Below are positions 46,106 through 58,853 of a stretch of 64,000 bases of DNA, piece after piece. The stretch lies in the NCBI RefSeq assembly GCF_009914755.1, contig NC_060942.1; one strand, given 5' to 3'. Positions within the stretch are counted from its first letter, which is position 1. Each line of letters opens with the position of its first letter. Position numbers and translations under genes: made by a program. The notes beneath the pieces are model-generated. The model saw nothing but the letters and a program-made list of their open reading frames with translations, had not been told where the DNA came from and did no database searches. This stretch comes from the human T2T-CHM13v2.0 reference genome, Homo sapiens.

Positions 46106-47904
46106 TACAGGCACAGACTCTGGAGCCAGAAGGCCTGGGTTCGAATCCCGGCTCTACCATTTACCAGCTGTGTGACTTTGAGCAGATGCCTCAGGCTCCC
46201 TATACCTCAATCTCCTTATCTGTTAAATGGAGATAATAACAATTCCTTCCTCATAGGAGAATTATGAGGAGTAAATTAGGGCATCTGTGTAAAAATCTTT
46301 GTGTCAACCTCCAGCACAATAGTTTGCTGCTCTTGCTGTCACTGCTGACGATGGGGTGACAGCGGCATCTGTGTGCTGGTCTGTGAGGAGTGGCTGCTGT
46401 GCATGTCCTAGGAGGAGAGGGCGGATGGGATCCAGAGGACAAGCTGGGGCTGGCTGGGTGGGCTTTGCTAGGAACAAGTACCCTTCATCTGTGGTAGCAG
46501 AAGAGATAGAGGGTCAGGAACAAAAGCAGGGGCTGGTCTTTTTGGTGGTGGACGGATGAAGGAGCTCTTTCTTCTCAACGAGGCAAGTCATCAGCTGGGG
46601 TGGGAAGAGGGACTGCGGTGCACAGGGCTCTGAGCTAAGAGCAGCTATGAGGAAGTAGTCATGGAGAATAAAAACCATGAACATATTAGAGCAATGCACT
46701 GGCTCCCCATGTCGTTTGGAGGCTCCATCTGAGATTGACGGCTATGATATCCAGCTCAAACCAGCTAGGAAGGAGACATCCATCTCCTTGGCCTTGGTCT
46801 CCCGTGTGGGTTCTGGCACAGAGAAGGCGGAATGTTGGCTTTTACCTGGGCTCGCAGGAGTGGGAGAGAGAAAGGGTTAGGGGATTTTGCAGAGGACACC
46901 TGTAACACTGGCCTGGAACCTATCTGGGGGATGAATTGTGATTTGGGGCTAGAGAAGAGGGGAGATAGTGGTGGGAGGGCATTAGGGCTAGCGGCTTAGA
47001 GGTCTCCATGCAGCTGAGAAACTGCAGGAGTGGGGAGGCACAGAGTGGAGACAAGAAGAAAGGGGTGTGCTAATAGGAGGCTTTTAAAGTCGAGACTGTG
47101 AGAGGGATGGATACCTGTGAAGAAGTCAAGGGTATGGCCACGGAAGAGGCTGGCTGAGGAGGGAGCAGGGAAAGACCTTCCACAGATCACAGTTTGAGCA
47201 CAGAAAGGTCAGGTGTTAGGCAGCTGTTGAATTCACAGAGAGTGATGGCAGGAGCTGCAGAAGACAGACAGGAGCCCAGGTCTAAGGGGGTATGACAGGG
47301 TGGCACAGCCAATGACAACAAGACGGGCAGGGCATGGCAGAGACTGCAGGCAAGCCTGGCAGGTGAGCTGGAGGACCTCAGGAGGAGAGAGGAGCAACAT
47401 GGAGTCCGGGAGCCCCAAGCTCCAGGCCTTGAGATCTTCCCTTGGCAGAAGGGTCCCAGGGACAGGCAGGTATGAGGGCCAGAAGGTGCAGAGAGGGGTG
47501 GGTGTGGCACTCGGGATTTTGGCCACCACAGTGTAAGAGTTTGGGTAGACAAAGACATCAGACTAGGGAATGCTTAAAGTGGAATGGGGTTGAAAGTCCA
47601 GACAATAATAGATCCAGGAGACTTAATTTAGATGCCCACACGCTTCCTTACATGCACACAGAAAGGGGAAGCCAGCCACTCTCCAGAAGGGAAAAGGCAG
47701 AAACCACAGACTCCCCAGTGAACCACCATGAAAGCGTTGTGATTTGCACCAACACTGAATTCCTTCTCTTTGCCATTTGGTTGCAAATCAAGCACTTCAT
47801 CATAAAATAAAAGCAGGTTCTTTTGGAAAAGACTCTGTGGCTGCAGAACACCCCCATACATCTAGCAATGAGACGCCGCATAAGGATGTTAGAATGATAC
47901 CTAC

Positions 47905-48017
47905 TTCTTTCTGACAGCCGACTGATTAAAAGGCAAGATGAAATGGCTGTTTTGTGTGAGACCAAACTGGTGAGCGCCGGGAACGTACTCCAGAGCTGCA
48001 TCCACCACACACTGTTC
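47905..48017 (-). CDS. LAMA1: Laminin alpha-1 exon (LG3-LG4 link/LG4)
   Basis: AG/GT bounded; EQCVVDAALEYVPGAHQFGLTQNSHFILPFNQSAVRK. Confidence 0.97.
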
Positions 48018-49187
48018 CTGTAAGAGACACACAGGGACACTCAGCCGCCACCCGCAGCCCGAACCCCACTGACACACGCGTGTTCCGCCATGAAGGGCCA
48101 TCTACGAAGCAATCCCATTAGAACAGCAACAACCACCAGTGCCTGTTGGCGCTCACTCCATCTTCGGTTTAAATGATGCACTCGCCAGCGCTTTATCTCC
48201 CTGAAGAAAGCACTTAGAGCTTCTGTCTTTCACCTTAATCCCACTCGGCTTCACTGAAATTCATAAGGACACTGAAGTCTCTCCTACAAATTTTCATCAG
48301 GCTTAAGGGGCAAAGGCCTTGCTGTCCCCCTAGGCCCCCGCCGTGACCCGAGGTTTTGGGAATGGCCCTAAGGATGCAGCTGCCGAGACGAGCTGCGGAC
48401 CAGGCACTGGAAAACTGGAGGTGCCCACAGGTGACATGTTTTGCAGGGCCTCAGAGTGTGAACCTAGGTCCACACTGACAGGGCAGGATGCAGACAAGAG
48501 GAGCCAGGCGGGAAGGGCCCCTGAACCCCACGCAACCATCTGCGGGCTGTCCTAAGAGTGCCCAAGTCATGGGGGTCCCAGATGCTGTTTTCTGCTTCAG
48601 CACAGGCAGATGCTACCATGAAAACTGCCCCGAACTCAAAGCCTCGCCCTGCTCAGAAGGTCCTGCTCTTGAATGCTTCTGCCATCTTCTAAATTATTAG
48701 AGTGCACACTTTAAACCAGGGAAACAGAGAAAGCAAAAGGGGAGAACATGAAAAATAGCAATGGCTGCCATTCAAAATATTTGGCCAGAACTGGCTTTTC
48801 CTAATGAATTGAATCTTTTTTTTTTTTTAAAGCAACAAATATGTGCACAATGGCTTTACATGAAGTACTTATTTTCATGCTTTCCTGGCTAAATGTAAAT
48901 TGATAATGAGTCCTTATAGAAGCTCTGCCAAAAGCATATTATACACCAGCCCAATGCGCGGCCTGGGTGTTGGGGCCTACAATCTATGGATTGGGCCGTG
49001 TCATCTGAGTTGCTTGAGGCACCCTTTCCCTCCCTGTCCCCGCTCTGATTTTTAGCACAGCTCCAGCTCCAGCTCCAGCTCCAGCTTTCGCAGGCACCTT
49101 TACAGCAAGGCCCCATTTTAACTCCCTCTGTCCTAGGCCCTCCTTTGCTGACTGGACCTGACTGATAGTAAAGGAAGCCGCTCCTAC

Positions 49188-49317
49188 TGGAAAAGCCCGG
49201 GGCTCTGGCAAGAGCTTGCTGTCCTCTGCATCGGGAGCCAGCTTAGGCCTTTCTGACAGCCAGCAGGTGTCCAGGTCGACTTGCTCATGGCCAACTGCAC
49301 TGTTGAAATCCAAAAGT
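49188..49317 (-). CDS. LAMA1: Laminin alpha-1 exon (LG3/linker)
   Basis: AG/GT bounded; LLDFNSAVGHEQVDLDTCWLSERPKLAPDAEDSKLLPEPRAFP. Confidence 0.97.
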
Positions 49318-50341
49318 CTAGGTAGAAACAAGAGAGTGTTTTCAAAATTAGGATATCACAAACCAGTCCATGAACCCAAGTCATCTGATAACTGTACAAT
49401 GAAAATCAATTAAAAACCATGTATATATTTCTCTTAGAGTAACCAAAGTGCCAATCCTTCACTGTGACTCAGAGTCCAAACATGCTATCTTAATATTTCT
49501 TGTCTGAAGCTTCTGCTTGCAATGGCACCCAGCCTAGCATATCCCCATGTCAGACCCTGGCCATTCCTGAGCACCCCCCAGGTCAGCTCCGATGCCATCG
49601 CCTCCTCCTGCAGCCTTGACTGGGCTGCCTCAGGGACACGTTTTTGTCTCTAGTTCCCAAGCGCTGCACAGTGACCTCCACGAAACACTGATTTCTTGTT
49701 TACGTGCTTCCCCTTGCCAGGAGGTTGTGGGCTACGCTTGTCACACGCACTTTCACTCTGCAGCTCCTGTGCTGTGTCCTGTGCCTGCGCACGTCCCCCT
49801 GGCACTTTCCCGGGCACAGCTGGGAACTCCACAGAAACGTTTCTGCTCTACCGAGTCCACAAACCCATGACTTTCAGGAGCATGAGGATGCCTCATGAAT
49901 GAATGAATGAATGAATGAATGAATGAATGAACAGACAACTGGGGGAATAAACATAAACCTGTGCAAAAATCTAAACCAGAGCTCTGACATTATGATTGTA
50001 TTCAAACCCAACGCTATGTTTTATTCTTGCAAATTTCAGGGACTCCTAAGAGGTAATTTCACAGATAAGGACACTGTGACCATGAAAGATCCAAGTCTTT
50101 GTCCAAGGTCACTAGACAAGTCAGTGACCCAGCCAGGAGGGAGCTTCAATTTCCTGATGCCCAGGGCACTTCCAGGTGTTCCTGGGCAGATGCTGGTCCC
50201 ACAGAGCAGAGCACAGCTTGTGTCCCATCAGCACCCTGTCCAGAGGCAGAGGGTGAGCAAGGAGGAATGAACTGCTCATGGGCACATGTCAGTTCTTTTC
50301 CTCATCATGAGCTCCACACAGGGAATGGAGGCTTCCAGTTC

Positions 50342-50600
50342 TTTTTTTTTCTGAGACAGAGTCTCACTCTGTCGCCCAGGCTGGAGTGCAGCAATGGTGC
50401 AATCTCAGCTCACTGCACCTCCGCCTCCCGGGTTCAAGTGATTCTCCTGCCTCAGCCTCCGGAGTAGCTGGGATTACAGGTGCCTGCCACCACACCCGGC
50501 TAATTTTTTGTATTTTTAGTAGAGACGGGGTTTCACTATGTTGGCCAGGCTGGTCTCAAACTCCTGACCTCATGATCTGCCTGCCTTGGACCCCCAAAGG
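50342..50600 (-). mobile_element. Alu (5'-truncated)
   Basis: Antisense Alu consensus. Confidence 0.93.
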
Positions 50601-51032
50601 CTTCTGGTTCTTAATTATACAGTAATTGTTTTTGGGGAAGCCATTGATAACCTGAAGCTGCTAGTAGCCCCATAGTAAACAGCTCCTTCAAAGCAATGCT
50701 CTCAGGACAGCAAGAGACTTACATCACAAAATCCCTATGTTCCTTCAAATGCATGTCAAAAATATATTAAAATCCCGGCTCTTTATGGACAGCCACAGAG
50801 AGCTAATGTTCAGCGATGGTTTTTAAAGTATGATGACCAGATCTGTCTAACATTCTAATCCAATAAAATCCATCTGGGGAGACTTACATGATAGAACAAT
50901 GGGGTTCACTCATTATTTGGGAATTTGCAAAGTTTTCAATCTCAAACAGTACAATGAGATTTCAGATTAGTGTTAGCACTCACCATGAAAGGTCAGAAAG
51001 TGCAAGAACATGCAGAGAGCAGGTACACTTAC

Positions 51033-51218
51033 TCCAAATTGAAGATCAGGTTTTTGATACAGCCATGGAACGATCTTCTCATTGTGAGCAGTGACGTCCC
51101 CTCTCCCTCTGGAATTCCCCCGACGTACAGATTGGACACATTTATCGTCCTGCTTTCTACTAATGTGCCCAACTTCATTTCCACAGGATTGTTCTCATCC
51201 AATTGGACAGTGATAATT
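51033..51218 (-). CDS. LAMA1: Laminin alpha-1 exon (LG3)
   Basis: AG/GT bounded; IITVQLDENNPVEMKLGTLVESRTINVSNLYVGGIPEGEGTSLLTMRRSFHGCIKNLIFNL. Confidence 0.97.
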
Positions 51219-51896
51219 CTAAAAGACCAATGGAGAAAATAAATGAAAAGCTTTAAACATAATGAAATAATAATTCCATTTTAGTCCATAATTCCCACAA
51301 GTTCTCACTGAATAATAAAAGTTCCCTAAAGGTTCATTTTAACAAGACACTGTCTGTGACCAAAAAGGTGAATCTTGAAAATTAAAACTCACAACTGAAG
51401 ATTTTTCAGAAACGAATGGAATGTTATTAAATATCCATTGAATGAGATTGCTTTTTGGAGAGATTTTCTTTTTCTTTTTTTTTTAACCTCTTTACCTATG
51501 ATGAAAATGCCCAGTGTGCTTTTAAAGCATTCAGTCTATATTTTGGAGGGAAATATACAGGAATGTTGATATAATGCTATTTACTATTGATATAATACTA
51601 TTTACTAATAGTGTACTACTATTTGCCACAGAATCAATCCAATGTAAAGACAATTTATGCTGGGCCCCAGTAAAGGGCAGAGCTAAAGTTGTTTAATTAT
51701 AAAAATTCTACAAGTATCTTATTACAAAGCAGATGAAACTGGTTCCCAGGAAAGAATCCTAGCAAGGTTCTAGAATCGTCTGGATGCCGATGACCCCAGT
51801 CATCTAGCCGCCCAGGGCACCACCGCAAGGTTCCTCCCACATTCCCTCTGAGCTCACCACACCTTCATTACACACTGCCTGGCCGCGTGCAAGTAC

Positions 51897-52048
51897 CTCC
51901 GATTCCTGACCAAGGAGATGGAATGCGCTTGTCCATCACTGCAGGTACCCGTGGGAGCGTGCAGGAGAGCTTTTCTCAGGCCTGTCCCATCCCCAGGATT
52001 GACATGTACCTCAATGTTGCCTCCGATCAGCATGACGGAAAAGAAGGG
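51897..52048 (-). CDS. LAMA1: Laminin alpha-1 exon (LG3)
   Basis: AG/GT bounded; PFFSVMLIGGNIEVHVNPGDGTGLRKALLHAPTGTCSDGQAHSISLVRNR. Confidence 0.97.
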
Positions 52049-52654
52049 CTGGGGAGGTTGCATAGAGAATTTCCCAGACAAAACACATTACTATATGATT
52101 TAGAAAACTTTCATCTTATGAAGATAACGTGAGAAGATTAACATCAAGTGAGTAGAGCAATTCCTTAAGAATCTCTTCAGCTGTCACAATGTTACATTTT
52201 GTATGTTACTTTCTAATCTCTGTTCATATAATTTATATTCTGCATTATGCTATTATTGCTGAAGATTTCAAACATTTCCATTCTGCATTGCCTCATATTT
52301 ATGGTTTATTGCTACATTAGATACCAATAAGTAGATATATTGTAATTTGTCTTTTTATCAATGAAATTTAAAGTATTTTCCAACTTTTTATTACCATACA
52401 TGTGAATGTTTAATTGTTTTGCCTGTGATGTTGTTTCCAACATTATGAAAAGTAGAATTAAACATTTGAAGGATGTGAAAATGTTTAAAGCTTTTAATTT
52501 TTTTTCGACACATTGAAAAGAGGTAGTTTATACACTAGAAGAATTGGAACGTGAGTATCTCACAATACCCTTGCTAGCAATGGCTAATATCATTCCTTTT
52601 TGCTGACTTAGTAAGCACACTTTGATTTGAAGGTAACCTTACTAAGACTAATGG

Positions 52655-53245
52655 AGAAGAAGTTTGGCAGTTCCTCAAAAAGTTAAACATAGAATTATCA
52701 TATAACCAGTGATTCCACTCCTAAGTATACACCCAGAAGAACTGAAGACAGGGACTCAAACAAATACTTATCCACATATGTTCATAGCAGCATTTATTCA
52801 TAATAGCTAAAAGGCAGAAATGCCCCAAAGTTCATCCATGAAGTAACTGATGAACACACTGTGGTATGTATATACAGTGGAATATTACTCAGCCATAAAA
52901 AGGAATGAAGTACTGATCCATGCTCCAATGGGGATGAACTTCAAAGACATGCTAAGTGAAAGATGCAAGACATCATCATATGATTCCATTTGTACAAAAT
53001 ATCCAGAATAGTAAATCCATCTATACAGCCGGAAAGCAAATTGGTGGTTGCCAGGAGTGGGGAGAGAGGAGAATGGGGAGTGACTAATTAATGGCATAGG
53101 CTTTTGAGTGATGAAAATGTTTGCAACTAGATAGGAAAGGTGGCCTCGTAACATTGTGAATGCACTAAACGCTGCTGAATTGTTCACTATGAAATGGTCG
53201 ATTTTAGGTTATATGAATTTCAGCTCAACTACAAAAAAAAAAAAA
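52655..53245 (+). mobile_element. L1M 3' end
   Basis: ttggcagttcctcaaaaagttaaacatagaatt...cagccataaaaaggaatgaagtactga...poly-A. Confidence 0.85.
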
Positions 53246-54141
53246 AAGATCAGTGGAACTCATTAACCAGTCGTAGTCACTGTCAGCCCTTCCCCAAGTA
53301 TGTCGTGACATGTTTGGGTTCTGCAAACTTGTGTTCCAGTCCTGACTGTGACTCATACCAGTGGTGTGACCTTGGTCAGGTTTACTAGGCTCTCTCAGCA
53401 CATTTCTTCCTCAGCAAAATGTAGGAAGCAGCATTCCCCTTGCAGCATGGTTGTGATTAATTACACAGCAATGTCTGTAAAGTACCCTGCAGAGTACAAG
53501 GTGGCATTCTATAGATTTTAGCTGCATGGACTCAACTTGATTAAGACAGTGTGCTAACATTCTGTAAAGTCTCTTCAAATTATGTGATAGACACAAATTT
53601 GAGCAGAGGATGGGGAAATATCACCTATGCTCTTGAAAAGGAACATAAATAAGGAAAATGGTCATCATTTCTCTCCTTTCCCCCTGTTAGTTTACTGTGC
53701 TTATCACAGCCCACATTTCCCTTGCTGCTCCTTTCAATCCTATAATAGATAAAGAAAGTCTTGCTTCATCCAGCAGTAGACTGAAGACCTCGACAGGATT
53801 TAAGGACTGCTGTTGGCCTTGGAATGAAGAAAAATGACCACAACATGGGGAAGAAAACTCCGTATATGCTATCTGAATGAGTTTTTAAAAAATTAGAGGT
53901 AGACAGCAAATAACTTTTTCCTCAGTCACCAGACAATGAAGATGGATTATGCAATATGAGAAATCATTGATTCATAATGGGATGACATTCAGCAACAATA
54001 ACTTTTACTTATTGAAAATGCACATCCATAAACAACCAGGAACACGGTGACAATAAATGTTTATGAGTCAGTCATTTTCCACTCATTGTTTCCCGAAGTA
54101 ATTTCCTGAGCTTGGGGCTCAGGAGCACTGGCCCTACTCAC

Positions 54142-54315
54142 CACGTGTGCTTCCTCACGATCACCCCGCTTCTCCACATCCCCGCCGAGGGCAGCCAGGA
54201 TGATGCCACTGCTGTTCGTGGTGGCAAATGTTACCAGCCATTCTGATTCTGGTGACAAAGATTTGGGTGGCAATTCAATGTAGCCGCCTTTCAGGAAGCT
54301 AACACTCCGGATGGG
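54142..54315 (-). CDS. LAMA1: Laminin alpha-1 exon (LG3 start)
   Basis: AG/GT bounded; PIRSVSFLKGGYIELPPKSLSPESEWLVTFATTNSSGIILAALGGDVEKRGDREEAHV. Confidence 0.97.
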
Positions 54316-54500
54316 CTGGACACAGAGGAGATGGAACAGCATGGTGAGTTCCTAGCTGCGGCCAAACCTTCCGTGGGGAGGACACTGCTGATTTCCCCAT
54401 CATCTCTTTTCTATCCCCACTGGTTTGTTGTGTTATGATGTTGATAAATCAATGGACACTTATGGAAACTCATTTGAACATTAATAACAATGTTTCCTAC

Positions 54501-55060
<560 letters not shown>

Positions 55061-56791
55061 CTAAGAGCAATATTGATAGTGAGAACTTCAGGTCAAACAA
55101 ATACTCTCTTACTCTCCTTAGGACTAGAGAAAGGGATCAAACTTAGTGAGTTTGGCTACTTGGATGGCTACCTACAGAAAACACAGGCCAATTATAAGAA
55201 AGACAGTGCACAGTGCATTGCAGCACATAGATTATAATCCAGTCTCCATGTAGAGTAGAATGTTTGCTTCCCATGGGGACAAGTGCAGGTAATGCTATTT
55301 GCCAGGATCTGACTGCTAACAAAGGAAGTCATTGGCTGTTGTTTACGTTGCATATCCATGAACTTTGTCCTAAAGGAAGTAACTGTATTTGGTGAAGTCT
55401 GGGATTATCCGAAACTCTACTTCTCAATGTTCAAGTCAATATCATATTTTTCTTACCAGAAGTCTCCACACTCCTGGCTGAGGTCAGGCTATAATGTAGT
55501 CCAGCTCTAATTTCCAAAATATGGAGACCACTGAACATCTCCCAGCTGCACTCTTCTGTACCAGCTCTTCACAGGAGAGCTTTGCAATAACATGGTTTCC
55601 TGTTACAGCCACACCTCATTTTTTTTTTTTCTCATGTTGAACAATGAGCTATGGACCATTAAGCAACTATATGATTTTGGACAAATTTCAGCCTTTCTAG
55701 ATCTCAATTTCTTTCCATGTAAACGAGGAGGCTGGCTTTGATGACACCTAAGTCCCTTCTACTGAGAACATCTGTGATATGGGCTTCTGTCCTTTCCTGC
55801 GTTGTCTACACTGGGCCGTCTGGGCAAAGTCCAGATGTACTAGGACATAGCCGAGGCTACAGGAACACCCCAGTCCTGGTCCCAGCATGACAGGGCATGA
55901 ATCTGGGATGGGATCTGGAGACAGCTTCCAGTCCTGGCTCCGTCTTGGCAGGAAGGTAAGACTTCGCAAGTGACCAACTCCGCTGAGGTTTAAATGGATT
56001 CAATTCTAAGATCAGGAGGCGGCTGTGGTTGCAAACTGTGTTCCCTGGGACTTTCTAAGATACCTGGCAAAGAGAAGGGGCACAGTGGAGAAGTGGCTCT
56101 CTCTACAAAAGGCTGCTCATCATAGCAACTGAATGGCTGCAGCTCTGTGCCACATAAGAGGAGTCTATGAAAGAACTTGACCTAAAGATAGAGCACTGCT
56201 ACAAATGGACATTTGCTAACCACTACGCTGAATGGCCCAGTTTGGACATCTAATGACCCCACTCCCTGCAAGCTGTCTTACCTTGACTATTGGACTTTCA
56301 CAAATGTCTTTTTTGAATGGTGTGAAAGAACCTTAGAGTTTAATTACAACCAAAATTACAAAACTGAGGACAATGAACCAGCCACACAAAGTTTCTGTAA
56401 ATCATTAAAATCACAAAGCTCAACATGAATCAGTCTTACACAAGGATTCCATTGTGTGTCCTGTGCCATTTCATTCCACTTCTTGATGCTGGTCTTTCAA
56501 CTTGCACATACATTATTCAGTCTAACCACACAAAGGAGAATCCAGAAAAGTCTGCAGAAAGCATGATTTCTTTTTTTTTTTTTCCTTTTGCCTTAAAAGA
56601 GATCTACTTCTCTAAAATGTCTAGAGAGAGGGAGATGAAGTATGACAGCAAGTAGGGTCTCCAAATATTGCACGGTAACAGGATTTAGACGTTCTAAAGG
56701 CAATACATATAAAATCACTAATTTTTCTGCAGAAGGCCTGCTTTACTTCTCAAATCACATGGCATAGAGTACTCTGAATAAATAGAAGCAG

Positions 56792-57175
56792 ATGTTACAG
56801 GTTGAACCGTGTCCTCCCAAAAGATGTGGTAGTCTTGATCCTCCTTATGTGTGAATGTGGCCTTCATTTGGAAAAGGTCTTTGCAGAGGTAATCAAGTTA
56901 GGATGAGGTCATTAGGGGAAGTCCTTATGCAACATGACAGTTGTCCTTATAAAAAGGGGAAATGTGGACACAGGACCCAGGCCAAGGAATCCCTGAGGCG
57001 ACCAGAAGCTAGGAGCATGGAACAGATTCTCTCTCACAGCCCTCAAAAGGAAGCAAGCCCTGCCAACACCTTGCTTTTGGACTTGCAGCCTCTAGAACTG
57101 GGAAAGAATAAATTAGTGTTGTTTAAGCCACCTGGTTTGTGATACAGTCCATTCTCAGCCCTAGCAAGCTAATAA
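56792..57175 (+). mobile_element. MLT1-like MaLR LTR
   Basis: tgttacaggttgaaccgtgtcctcccaaaagat...gtttaagccacctggtttgt...gctaata. Confidence 0.8.
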
Positions 57176-57217
57176 AGTTGGAAATCAGCGACATGAAAAT
57201 TCTGCAGTTTAATATAC

Positions 57218-57359
57218 CTTACAACTCTTGACCTTGGTAATCCACCCACATAAATCGGGTCCTTGTCTAGGCGGTTGAGGTCAGAAGATGCTCCCGGAGT
57301 CTCGCCCTGCTTGGTTTCTTTATTACTGGTGTTATAGGCATCGATAACTGCTAGCACTC
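57218..57359 (-). CDS. LAMA1: Laminin alpha-1 exon (LG2)
   Basis: AG/GT bounded; (G)VLAVIDAYNTSNKETKQGETPGASSDLNRLDKDPIYVGGLPRSRVV. Confidence 0.97.
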
Positions 57360-57843
57360 CTAAAAGGAGAGCACAGGCAAGAGATAAGAAAAGGAAAATC
57401 CCTTTCCATGTTAAGGTAAAATGCAAACTTCTGGCAACAAAGCTCATTTACAAATGCATATTCTTTTAGATTCTGCGAATTTGATCAGCTAATGTTCTTG
57501 GCTATTGAAGGACAAGTGAAAATCCTCTCTATCAAAGTCAATACACATTGCTAAATAAGAGCAGTATGCATGTGGAAGAAAACAGAATGGATTTGATTCT
57601 TGATTCCAATCCAGCATTTACTGTTAAATAACACACTTGGAAATCACAGGCAAATACAAGTATAACCCTCCTCCAGCAAAATGTGAATCCTGTTGGTTAG
57701 TATTCCAAAGACAACACTGGCTTCCAAGTAGACTATCATTCAATACCCAGGAAACTACTGTGGAAAAAAAGAATGCTGATTTTGAAAAGATTTCTATTCT
57801 TATGAGGGTGACCGACATCTGGTGAGTCCATCTGTGTCCCTAC

Positions 57844-57988
57844 CTTGCTTCCGGTTTCGCTGGAAGGCAATTTTGTACCAGGTTCCATTGTTATAACGTC
57901 TGTCTGTCAAAAGGGTAATGGGTCCTGAACCCAGGTCAGTCATAACCTTCACTCTGCCACGAAACAGCTCGATGGATAAAAAGTCTTT
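57844..57988 (-). CDS. LAMA1: Laminin alpha-1 exon (LG2)
   Basis: AG/GT bounded; KDFLSIELFRGRVKVMTDLGSGPITLLTDRRYNNGTWYKIAFQRNRKQ. Confidence 0.97.
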
Positions 57989-58702
57989 CTGTAAAAAAGA
58001 GAACACAGTTCCCCAGGTTATAGCTTTATCCCAGGTTTCCCTTTCCCTTCAAGTCAGGGATGGCTGAAACCTTCTAAAGTCAAACTGAGAAAACTGGATC
58101 TGGCCCCACAGCCAGAGGTCTATCGGCTACGAAACCAAAAATGCCCACGAAGGCTTTCTAGAACACTACACTAATATAAATGAAATGTCATCTGTTGTTA
58201 CCAAAATCCACAATTCAGTAAGAGAAGTGGAATCTCCTCGTATCTTTTTCATTGAGACTGACAAGGGGCCCGTTCTAAAAAATAAAACCAAAAGACTGAA
58301 AGACAGAAATCACCAGCCCATGAGATGCAAACAAGAACATGAAATTCCCATGGATGGAATTCAAACAATGTCACGGTGGTCACAGTGAACCCAGAACAAG
58401 ACATATTATTTGAGCTCGAAATTTAATAACAAATGTTGAATTGATATCTATAAAGACTAGAAGGCTAGTTTCTACTTGGTGTTCTTCTATATTTTTCTAA
58501 AGGTTCTACAATGATAATAAATAATTTAAAATGAGGAAATTGTTTAGCACACACATATATTAATACTAGCATATGCTCATAAAAATTGTATGGTATACAT
58601 ATGTACATATTTAATTAGTAAATCCTCATTAAACATAAACAACCACATAGCAATCTAAATGTGTGTATACAGTAGGGCCTAGGGCCGCACAAACACTCTT
58701 AC

Positions 58703-58853
58703 TGTGCCGTATGAACCCAGGTAGAGAAGAAGTCCATTAGGTGAAAAGGTATTAAAAAGCATGATTATCTGGGTCACGGTAGCCGGAAGTGACTTCTCCA
58801 CGACAGAGTACCCACTCCCGTCAAAATGGAAGGAAGGGTCTTCATTCTGGGAG
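58703..58853 (-). CDS. LAMA1: Laminin alpha-1 exon (LG2 start); gene continues beyond the window
   Basis: AG/GT bounded; SQNEDPSFHFDGSGYSVVEKSLPATVTQIIMLFNTFSPNGLLLYLGSYGT. Confidence 0.97.
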
